Assembly (NCBI GenBank): GCA_001179505.1
Contig: CDMY01000517.1
Location: 1-60,537, forward strand
Length of the DNA stretch: 60,537 nucleotides
Direction of reading: 5' to 3'
From: Vitrella brassicaformis CCMP3155
Lineage: Eukaryota > Protista > Chromerida
The notes under the pieces were generated by a model. It had not been told where the DNA came from and ran no database searches. It was given only the letters and a program-made list of their open reading frames with translations. Shown here piece by piece: positions 1 to 10,121 of the stretch. The stretch's first letter is position 1; each line of letters begins with the position of its first letter. A program made the position numbers and the translations under genes.

Positions 1-134
1 GGACTTTCACGACAGAGGTTCATCCATTCAATCGCTCTCGAGTCCCCATACTTGAGTCAACCTGTGTTGATCTAGGCCATCTCCTTCGGATGGTCTGAGC
101 AGAGCACAAGAAAACCAACTACAGCCTCATCAGA

Positions 135-142
135 AGCTCGCA
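135..142 (+). promoter_or_regulatory. AGCTCGCA candidate promoter motif upstream of the gene starting at 255
   Basis: Exact 8-mer ~113 bp upstream of ATG 255; the same word occurs in five divergent intergenic spacers. Confidence 0.5.
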
Positions 143-254
143 ACTGAAAAAATGCTCGAGGCCCGCCCGGGTTCCGCTTGGAAGCGGTCGTCTTCCCCTT
201 GGTTAGGGTGAGAAGACGGGGAGGGGAAGAAGCCATCGCTCTCCCGATCTCCAG

Positions 255-2036
255 ATGACTCAAGTTGTCAGTTTCACCCCCTTCCAGCAGCCTCCGGCAC
301 CCCCCCGCTCCTTCGACGATATCGATGCCATTCGGGCGCAGTGGATAGCCATTCCGTCGAGATCTGTAGTTGATTTGCTCGACCTGGCCTCTCCGGCAGC
401 AGCAACGGCCAGAAGGAGTACCGAGTGCTTGCTCCCTTGGGACGCTGTCGGCCACCAAGATCCCAGCCCCTCTCCCGTTTCCTGTGGTCATGGCGGTATA
501 AAGCAGGCCACGGGCGGTTCTCCTGACAAGTTCTTGGCGATGGATCTCGGGGTGTGGGGGCTGCCGAAGCGGTATCGAGTGAGGTTCTACCTTCCCGACT
601 CGCCGGAGAAGCTATTCTTCTGGTGGAGGATACTCTGTAAGGGAGCGGGATGGCGCCTGGAAGCAAACAGATGATGGAGAGGTTATATGTGTGTGTGTGT
701 GTGTGTTGGTCTATTGACTCACACGTGCAGACTGTGCGGGTGTGTGGATGGTGTGCCTCCGCGTGAGCTGTTTTGTCCTTCTGTCTGACGCCGCATGGGC
801 TCGGTACCTCAACTTGAGCGGCATTGGTAGGCCACACGATGTCCACATGTCCACGCGCAAGTAGCGCTGAGTCGCCTTCTGCTCATTCCTTCTCTGCTTC
901 TTCGATGTTTGTTAATTTGTTCGCGTGGGCGTGTGCAGTCGGTCACACTTTGCAGGCTCTGGTGAACCCTCTGTTCATCTACGGGACGTACCTGAACATG
1001 GCTGTCCAGGGGGCGGTGTGCACCTATGGCATACTCATTTTGGGTGTCACCCTGCTTTACGCACGTAAGTTGGCAAAGCACCAATCAATCAATGCAGCTC
1101 TGCCGTCGGCTATAAATCTCTCTCTCTCTCTCTCTTTCTCTCTCTCCACGTGTGTATGTGTGTGCAGCGTTCGGTTATTCAGCTACTTTGCTGCTGGTGA
1201 GTGCCGAGACTGCCCTCTGCGCTGCCTGGTTTGCTCTCATGGCGCAGCCGCGGCTGTTTGGGGACGAGGAGAAGGTCAAGAGGATGAGTGGCTTCCCTGT
1301 GCCGGGGCTCTTCACGCTGCCGGCCACGTACTGTCTGGTGCCGGTGCCTCCCACACGCATGCTGACGGCGTCTGAGGACATGTGGGGTGGGGAGCAGAAC
1401 TGGGCCTTCTCTCTGGTGCGCAAGTATCTGTCCTGCACGAGGGCGATGGACGAGCTGGACTTCTGCCGACTGCTCAAGTACATCGCCTACCTGGGGACAG
1501 CACTGGACTACCTGTCCGATCTAGGTGGGCGCCATGGCTGGACGCGTGGCAGCATGCAGTTACTTAGTTACCTGTTGTCCACCAGTCGTCTCTCACCCAC
1601 TGTTTGGTTGTTCATGCTGTTGTTGCTCACTCATGCAGCGGTGGGCATGGGCATGGTCACCCACCACGGTGATTCCCTCTGGCCCGGAGTGACCATTCTG
1701 ATTCTCTGCCAAGTGGACACCGTGACCGCCGGCATCTCTTACGGCATCCGGACCAAGGCGACACTGCGGCAGCACGTCTACATATTCGCGGCCTCTCTCT
1801 TCGAGGTGCCCATTCTGGTCCTGACCATCCTCTACGGAGCAAGGTCAACCGACACCCTGACGATCGTCATCTCCATCACGGCCACCTGCTCCACAATACT
1901 CATCAAGGGGCTCGCCATGATCCACACAATCAGGAGGCAGCGGCTGCGAGCGAAGGGGGGTGACCTGGAGGGGAAGCCGAGCATGACGCCACACACCATG
2001 AGCACAGAGTGGCCCACTGAGACAGAAGGTGCATAA
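255..2036 (+). CDS. Multi-pass membrane protein of unknown function (4 predicted exons: ~255-637, 731-826, 939-1064, 1168-2036)
   Basis: Phase-compatible GT-AG introns join MTQVVSF... to ...WRILYCAGVWMV..., GHTLQALVNPLFIY... and ORF 1152-2036; many hydrophobic segments. Confidence 0.65.
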
Positions 2037-2712
2037 CCTTGATGCCTGGATGGATGGATAGGCTGGCGGGGAGGGAGAAGGGAGAGTGGGTTCGTGTCTT
2101 GATGGACTGTGTCGTGTGTGAAATTAACTAAGGAGGGGCCTGTGTGAGTTGTGGGTAAGACAGCACGCTGGCTGCAATCGTGCCAGCGAGTCCTGTGATT
2201 TTTTCCCTTCTGTGCTCGTCGGTGTATTCCGTGGTGGACGGATGGATGGATGGCTGCAATCACTGAGTGTCGCTTCCTTGGTCTTTATTGGAGCCTGTGG
2301 CTTGCATCGCACGATGGGTACTTAATGTGATTTGTCTGTTGGTTGTGTCACGCGTGGCGTGCAATTGATGAGTTTGGGATGAGACGTCTGTCGATCTATT
2401 TGTCGCACGATGGACATGATGGGATGGGTGGGCGGATGCAGTGGAATGAATCGATGGAGCTTCGTCCTCGTTCGTCGGTGCCTGCCTGTAACTAATCGGG
2501 ATGCACTGCACTGCACGACATTGCCATGCACCGCTCGCTCAATCGTACTGAGGGAGGGAGGGAGGGGCTGGATGGAGTGTGGATGGGCTGCCCTCTCTGT
2601 GTGTGAGTCTGTGTGTGCCAAGACAATTCACTGTGGAGGCTGACTGGCGAGGCGATGTGTGGGTGTTTTAATTATGCTGAGCATGTGCGCCATTCATTCA
2701 CCCGGCCATGGC
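1120..2712 (+). repeat. Copy 1 of a ~1.6 kb local duplication (copy 2 at ~3375-4934)
   Basis: The last exon is ~98% identical between copies; the 3' flanks align with many indels until ~2712/~4934. Confidence 0.9.
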
Positions 2713-2762
2713 TCAATGAATTTGTCCCTGTCCGTCTGTCCGTCTGTGTGTGTGTGCATTTG

Positions 2763-2798
<36 letters not shown>

Positions 2799-2878
2799 CA
2801 CACCGCTGCGCACGTCAGTGCGTGCCTGCCTGTCCGCTGCGCTCTCCTGCACACCTTGACCGCATTCATCAAAGACAC

Positions 2879-2979
2879 AAACCCTACGCATAACTAGGGT
2901 TTAGATAAGCATGTCAGCGACCCCTGCAATGGGAGAAAGCCTCCAAAGCGAAAGTATTAGGGTTTAGGGTGTAGGGTTT
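2879..2979. repeat. Interstitial telomere-like repeats: AAACCCTA-8nt-TAGGGTTT inverted pair plus TTAGGG-TTTAGGG-TGTAGGG-TTT
   Basis: Read directly at 2879-2886, 2895-2902 and 2957-2979. Confidence 0.75.
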
Positions 2980-3374
2980 GCTACGTCCGCAACCTCCCCG
3001 ACAGAGAGGCTACACACGAAGCGAGAAGCAGCCCGAAGGCTCCCCAGCTGAGATCTCTCTCTGTTTGTGTCTGCCTGTCTTCAGGAAGATGCTGCCCATT
3101 CTCACCGACCAGACGACGCTGCTCAAAGCCAAAGCAAAGCGTTTCTTTGACATTGATGAAGATGCGATTGCGCTTTGGAAGGAGCCTATACGTGTTCTAC
3201 TCTAAGAGCTGCTAGGTGGACCGACATGGGAAAGATCTTACTTCCAGCTGCCGTCCTCCACACACACGCCCATCCGGTGTCCTTCCACACACAACACAGC
3301 CAAACTATGAGCACAACATCCTCACAGTGCTCAGCTTCTGGGTGGGTGCACCTTTCCTGCACAGACACACCAAC

Positions 3375-4934
3375 TGGCTGCCCCTCTCATTCTCTCTCTC
3401 CACGTGTGTATGTGTGTGCAGCGTTCGGTTATTCAGCTACTTTGCTGCTGGTGAGTGCCGAGACCGCCCTCTGCGCAGCCTGGTTTGCTCTCATGGCGCA
3501 ACCGCGGCTGTTTGGGGACGAGGAGAAGGTCAAGAGGATGAGTGGCTTCCCTGTGCCGGGGCTCTTCACGCTGCCGCCCACGTACTGTCTGGTGCCGGTG
3601 CCTCCCACACGCATGCTGACGGCGTCTGAGGACATGTGGGGTAGGGAGCAGAACTGGGCCTTCTCTCTGGTGCGCAAGTATGTGCCCTGCACGAGGGCGA
3701 TGGACGAGCTGGACTTCTGCCGACTGCTCAAGTACATCGCCTACCTGGGGACAGCACTGGACTACCTGTCCGATCTAGGTGGGCGCCATGGCTGGACGCG
3801 TGGCAGCATGCAGTTACTTAGTTCCTTGTTGTCCACCAGTCGTCTCTCACCCAGTGTTTGGTTGTTCATGCTGTTGTTGCTCACTCATGCAGCGGTGGGC
3901 ACGGGCATGGTCACCCACCACGGTGATGCCCTCTGGCCCGGTGTGACCATTCTGATTCTCTGCCAAGTGGACACCGTGACCGCCGGCATCTCTTACGGCA
4001 TCCGGACCAAGGCGACACTGCGGCAGCACGTCTACATGTTCGCGGCCTCTCTGTTCGAGGTGCCCATCCTGGTCCTGACCATCCTGTACGGAGCAAGGTC
4101 GACCGACACTCTGACGATCGTCATCTCCATCACGGCCACCTGCTCCACAATACTCATCAAGGGGCTCGCCATGATCCACACAATCAGGAGGCAGCGGCTG
4201 CGAGCGAAGGGGGGTGACCTGGAGGGGAAGCCGAGCATGACGCCACACACCATGAGCACAGAGTGGCCCACTGAGACAGAAGGTGCATAACCTGGATGGA
4301 TGGGCTGGCGGGGAGGGAGAAGGGGGGGAGGGTTCGTGTCTTGATGGACTGTGTCGTGTGTGAAATTAACTAGGGAGGGGTCTGTGTGAGTTGTGGGTAA
4401 GACAGCACGCTGGCTGCAATCTGGCCAGTCAGTCCTGTGATTTTTCCTCTCTGTGCTCGTCGGTGTATTCCGTGGTGGATGGATGGATGGCTGCAATCAC
4501 TGAGTGTCGCTTCCTTGGTCTTTATTGGAGCCTGTGGCTGGCTTGCACTGCACGATGGGTAATTATGTGATTTGTCTGTTGTGTCACGCGCGTGCAACTG
4601 ATGATTTTGGGATGAGACGTCTATCTATTTGTCGCACGATGGACGGGATGGATTGGATGGGTGGATGCAATCGAACCGATGGAGCTTCGTCTTCGTTCGT
4701 CGGTGCCTGTTCGTAACTAATCGGGATGCTCTGCACCTCGCTCAATCGCACGGAGGGAGGGATGGGCTGAATGGATTGTGGCTGCCCTCTCTGTGCGTGA
4801 ATGTGCATGTGTGTGTGGTGAATTCAATCGGCCAAGACAATTCACTGTGGACGGTGACTGACGATGCGATGTGTGGGTGTTTTAAGCTGATCGAGCATGT
4901 ACACCATTCATTCATCCACCCGGCCGGCCATGGA
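3375..4934 (+). pseudogene. 5'-truncated duplicate of the 255-2036 gene (last exon only, ORF intact to stop at 4290)
   Basis: Homology starts at the (CT)n tract of the last intron; exons 1-3 are absent; ORF 3175-4290 reads through the intron remnant. Confidence 0.65.
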
Positions 4935-5582
4935 TGCCACGCTACCTCACCTCCACACATACACGACATGACACGCACGTAGCGGAATATCAGGCAGGCG
5001 AGTGAGGTGAGGAGCTGCTGCTTGGTGTCTTTGAGGCTCTCACATGGACCCCGGTGTCTGTAGGCTCGATTTGATCCTTCACAAGATCGAGCCTACTGTC
5101 CCGGCCCTGCAGCAGTGAATGCATCGATCGCATCAGACGAAATGATCGACCGTCAAATCTCTCCTTTGGATGGGTGGGTGGGCGTGAGCAGAGGGGCGAG
5201 GGGAGGGAAGCTGGCCGACAGCTAGTGCAAGGTGCATACGTCTGCCTCGGTCACAAGAGCAGGAACTACAAGACATGACCAACCCGCAACAACCAAGCTA
5301 GCCCGCAACAAGTGCCTGGGGCATGAGTGAGAGGCTGGCGTGCCGACGTCCTGCGTGGAGAGAGGGTGGCTGTGGCGCGGGGGTCATGCTGCTGATGCGA
5401 TGGGGAACGATCAGAGCAAGACCTCCGCATTCGGGAGCACGGAGAGAAGGCATTGCGTCGCCCTTTTTCGGGGAGTTTACACTTTAAAACGGTTCGTGCC
5501 AAACTCGTTTTTTCCCTGTGCCTTCTCTCTCTCCCCGCCCCTCCTAGCTGGCTCCGATGACCACCCGGTGTGACGGCGTGTC

Positions 5583-6401
5583 ATGGTCACCGTCACCACC
5601 ACATTCTTACACTTCATCTTCTTCGCCTGCATCTCGACAACACCAGCACCAGCAGCCGACACAAGCAGCATCGCTCAGCCACGTGACCCGATCAACCCCT
5701 CTTCTCTCCCCGCGTTCCTCGCCCCTGCCACCCCCTCCGTCAACCAGTCACACGAGCAGAGCAGCAACACCAGCACCAGCATCAGCAGCACAGAGGCGAC
5801 CGCAATTGACCTCTCCACGCCGTCGACCACCATGCCGAGAAGAGCTCTTCGTCGCGCAGAGTTGGTTGAGAAGTTGTTGCAGGGTCATGGGAGGCCCAAG
5901 GCCCCTCCCACCCTGGCGTGGTGCTCTTCCTCTCGCATGACGGCGGCCATCCCGGTGGACCGCGACCCTGCGGGCGAGGGCTGGCCGCGGGGCGGCTTCC
6001 GTAACCACACACGGGAGGAGAAGTGCCGCGCCATTTTTGCTGAGGAGTTCTTCGGCGACAAGAACGAGACCATGAGGGACACCGGGCGGCACGCCTTAAT
6101 GGCGTCGGTAGCCTATGGGGACTGCGGAATGAGGGAGAGTGTCATAGGCAAGTTTGTGTACTACAGCAATGTGATGCGTGTGCCCAAGGCGGAGAGCAAC
6201 GCGGTTGTCATATGTGCCTGCACAAGAAACGAGACGAGCGCAGAGGGGACGGAAGAAGGGGAGGGTGGGAATCAGACCAATGCCACCAGGCCTAGGCCTG
6301 GTGAGTGTGTGGCGACAGCAAAGTGGGAGCACACGTCGGGGCCTAAGGTGGCTTACAAGAGCAAGGAGGTGCTGACGGGAGAGTCGACAGCACCCGGGTG
6401 A
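5583..6401 (+). CDS. Predicted secreted protein: signal peptide, S/T/P-rich linker, RRALRR site, Cys-containing C-terminal domain
   Basis: Intronless 272-aa ORF; hydrophobic N-terminus (FLHFIFFACIS); several N-x-S/T sequons (NET, NQT). Confidence 0.7.
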   Translation: MVTVTTTFLHFIFFACISTTPAPAADTSSIAQPRDPINPSSLPAFLAPATPSVNQSHEQSSNTSTSISSTEATAIDLSTPSTTMPRRALRRAELVEKLLQGHGRPKAPPTLAWCSSSRMTAAIPVDRDPAGEGWPRGGFRNHTREEKCRAIFAEEFFGDKNETMRDTGRHALMASVAYGDCGMRESVIGKFVYYSNVMRVPKAESNAVVICACTRNETSAEGTEEGEGGNQTNATRPRPGECVATAKWEHTSGPKVAYKSKEVLTGESTAPG

Positions 6402-6554
6402 GCACCGTGACGCGTCAGTCAGGTCTCTGTCTGCCATGATTTCTGTCTATCCGTTGGTTGCGTGTGTGCGTGTGTGTGTGTGTCAGGAGCGGCCATCCGC
6501 TGTCTGCAGAGATGGTTGGTGGACCCAACCTCACGGTTTCGGTGAACTATAAAG

Positions 6555-8556
6555 ATGAGTAAGCAAGCCAACCACAAGAACAACGCACTCGTGTCAACAC
6601 GTCTGCTCCCATTGTGTGTTGTTCCTTTTTCTGACGCACCCAGCGGTTTTCTGTTTGAGTCTTGGGTAGCGGGCAGTCTCGGGCACCCCTGGCCCATGCT
6701 GTGCGACCTCGTGTGTCCCGAAGGACCATCGGAGGCCAACCCCGGCTGCGTCCACCACCTCATCGTCAACGGCTGCCCCGCCGACCATCTCAATGACGCC
6801 ACATCCACCGACACAACGCCCCTCTTCCGCATCATCTCGCAATCACGCGGCCACATCGTCTTCTCCCTTACACCAACCAGCTTCCCCAAGAGCAAGGAAA
6901 AAGACGTAGGGTACCGCGTCCAGTGCATGATGGCCATCTTCCCCAAGCAGCCATCTCTCGCCGAGCAATGCAAATACGCGCAATGGCGGAGAAGGAGGCT
7001 GCAGAGCAGCGACAGCCAGAGTCACGATGACGGAGGTAGGGGCGAGTGGGGGGATGGGGGGCAGGGTGAGGGCGGCAAACCGGCTGTGGCGCCAGAGATG
7101 GTGGGAGAGGTGGAGGGGCAGCAGGTGCTCAATCCCTTATTCATCGAAACCTTCCCTTCTGCCAGCACATCGCCAGCAAGCGCCTTTGTCGGTAAGCACA
7201 CATGGCACGGCACAACACGACACACACCCCGACGGGCCACCCTCTCTCGGCAGACCCAATAAGGGTGCTCCGGCCGACATTTAATGGGCCAGATACTCGC
7301 TGCTTCTTCTCTCCCAGAGATCGCGAATGAGATCATATGGGACAACTGGTCCATCAACTGGGGCAGGGACTTCTTCAAACGCGAGAACGACCAGGCAACG
7401 ACGTCGGTGCAGGTGGGCAACGACGTCGCTTTCGTGGGTGTGGGCATCGACCCGGCAGGCCGACAACAATTGGTCGGTCAGCAGCACGGCGAGACAGCCA
7501 GCCATAGTGTGCGCATCTCCATTGCACGCTCTCTCCCCCTTTCCGTGTGTGTGTGTGTGTGTGTGTGTGCAGGTGAATGTTGGTTATGGGAAGACGACAG
7601 TGAGCGTATCGTCAGACGAGCTCGACGTCGAGGCCGGGGTCGGCATCATGGTCGGCTCCTACGGCGTCAGGGTGAGTCTCACTAAATATATCACAGACAC
7701 ACAAACAGAGACCCCCACACACATGCACTCTGCTCTGCTGCCATCAATCAACACACAACAAACACGCTGGCTGCGTGTGTCTGTGTCTTGTCAGGTTGAT
7801 GCCGATGCCGACGACCGCCAATACGCCGTCGAGGCGGTGGCGCGCGGGACGGAGGTCGGCGCCAACGTCGACATACTCGACAGAGACTACGGTGTCCGCG
7901 TCAAGGTAAATACGTAACCACACCAATCACGTCACCTCACCCCATCTCCGCAACTCACCTACACAACACACTACACTGACTGGGACGAGTGTTGGCCGAT
8001 CGAAATTCCTTCTCTCCCTCTGTGGGTGCGTGCGTGCATGTGGCAGGTCCGCAACAACGAGGTGACGGTTCGTCACGACTTCTTCGACGTGCAGGACCCG
8101 ATTACCGATGACGAGCAGGAGCTGGCCACGGAGGTGTTCGTCGGCCACAGGAGCACCGGTGTGGCCGTCGGCAGTGATGTAGACGACACTGAGTATGGCG
8201 TCAGCGTCGGCACACTCGGCTACCAGTTCTCCGTGCTCAGGGACTTCGACGAGCGACAGACAGACTTCCAGGGCAATTGGGGGGACGGCTACCAGCTGAA
8301 GCTGAACGGCGACTTCCCCGACCCTCTCGACCTGAAGGCCTGGGTGCAGGTGGGGTTCGGCCTTCTCGGCACCGCCTACGTCGAGGTGGGTGCGGGTGTT
8401 GGAAGCGACGGCATCCCCGTGGGCAGCGCTGAGGTCGAGACGGACGACCTGGCGATCGCCGTCGACTTCATAGACGACGTGGGCGAGCGCTTCTTCCTAT
8501 TCGGACTCACAGTCGGCAAATTCACATACACATGGGAGGTAAGACTGACTGACTGA
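6555..8556 (+). CDS. Uncharacterised protein: Cys-containing N-terminal domain, RRRRLQ site, acidic beta-hairpin-repeat C-terminal domain (5 predicted exons)
   Basis: Phase-1 intron 7192-7317 joins ORF 6555 to EIANEIIWDNW; later exons ~7318-7452, 7573-7671, 7795-7905 and 8047-8556 stay in frame. Confidence 0.7.
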
Positions 8557-9986
8557 CGTGCGTCGCTCCAGACAAACAGACAAACAGACAGACAGACAGA
8601 CATACACACACATGCGTGTGTCTCTCTCTGTGTCCATGATGCGATGCTGTGGGTGGTGTGTGTCTCTCTCGTGCAGTCTAAGTTCCTCCCCGATAATCTG
8701 GAGATACCGCTCATTCTTGGTGCGGCGCCCTAATGGGCCTGTGAGCGCCGTACGTCGTGCGAGCGGCCCTGGTGATTGCATCCTTCGCAGTGATTTGTGT
8801 TGGTGGTGTGGTAAGGGACGGAAGGGGGGAGGTGTCATCCGTCTGCTGCGGAGTCTGTCCGGCCGTGGCGTCTCCCTGTGGTGCTCTGCACGTGTGTCTG
8901 TGTGTGCCGTGTGCCAGTGAGTGTCGCTTTTGCTGCATGGTGACAGACAGGTGAAAAAACGAGCCACTTGATGGCTGCGTCAATTGAGCTCATGACATGA
9001 TTGATTTGGGGTTTCGTTAGGGCTGCAAGACCCAGACGTGTGTGTACAGATGGAGGGGTGGACGGGACACGTCTGTCTGCATGGATCGGATCGGATCGGA
9101 TCGGTGGATCCGCATCATTTTGGACCTGGTGTGTGTGCCTGTCTGTCGGTCTTGGTTCATTCGCAGGCACGAGCATGTGCTGCCTTTCTTCCTCTTTCCC
9201 CTGGCCGTCTGTTTGTTTTCTTGGAGTGGCTGGCTACTCGTGCCTCAGCTCCTTGTACCCGCTCGTGTGTCAAGGCCATTCGTGTGGTCGTCTCTCTGGG
9301 CGGTGGATGGTGGGCACTAGTAGGCGGATCTGTCTCATGCTGCGTGTCCATGTCATCTAACCCCTGTGGATGGTCATGTGCCTCCCTGCACCGATGCCAT
9401 CCTTGGCATGGCGGTGGGTATTCATGGGACTCGTGGTTTGCGTGGGATGGTGCCGACACAGACAAACAGACAGACAGTCACACAGTCAACCGTTGCAACG
9501 AACGGGCACAAACGTGTGTTCGGCTGGACGAATGCCGTCAGCTGCCTCAAGTGGCTCTATTTGTTCGCTGCAAACCACCTTCGAGAATGCTTCATCTCTT
9601 TCATTGGTCCGCTCTTTCACAGAGGGCATCTCCATCGTCTTGCGGTCATTTTGAGTCATGCTGGTCGGTTTGGAGGTGCTTCGGCCGTTATCCGACCCAT
9701 TTCTGACCGTGTAGAGTGATGCAGCATTCACTACACGGTCCTGGACAGAAAAGGACAGCACAGAAAAGGACACCGCCCTCCACTCCATCTCCGTTCAGGC
9801 TCCCTGCTTTCAATTCTCTTCTCCTCAGTGTTGACGACAAATCTTCTAGCGAAATCACTCAAGCTGCATCAGTTTACGTGGAGACATCTAAGGGCTCTCG
9901 CAGCCATCCAAGGACTGATTGAATGAATGAGAGAACAGACGGTTTTTCGTCGTTTTGAGTGGCTCCGGAGATTCATTCACAGCGGG

Positions 9987-10121
9987 ATATCACTCCAAAA
10001 GTCGCTGGAAAATAAGTGGGTCAGCCCTGTAGTACGTATAAGCGGGTCAAACGCGTAAGTGGGCCAGCTATGTACTGACCCACTTACGCGGTCCGGACTG
10101 TACGAAAGTCCTAATATCACT
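9987..10121. repeat. Compact structured element with three TAAGTGGG(T/C)CAG copies (two direct, one inverted), a ~16-bp hairpin and flanking ATATCACT direct repeats
   Basis: CGCGTAAGTGGGCCAG...CTGACCCACTTACGCG at ~10052-10090; ATATCACT at 9987-9994 and 10114-10121. Confidence 0.6.

Noticed and set aside
8560-9900. Many overlapping 60-220 aa ORFs and a (GATCG)n run
   Set aside because: Low-complexity, microsatellite-derived translations with no consistent exon chain.
10095-10111. GGACT-GTACGAA-AGTCC with GAAA, resembling a hammerhead ribozyme stem
   Set aside because: The CUGAnGA core is absent.
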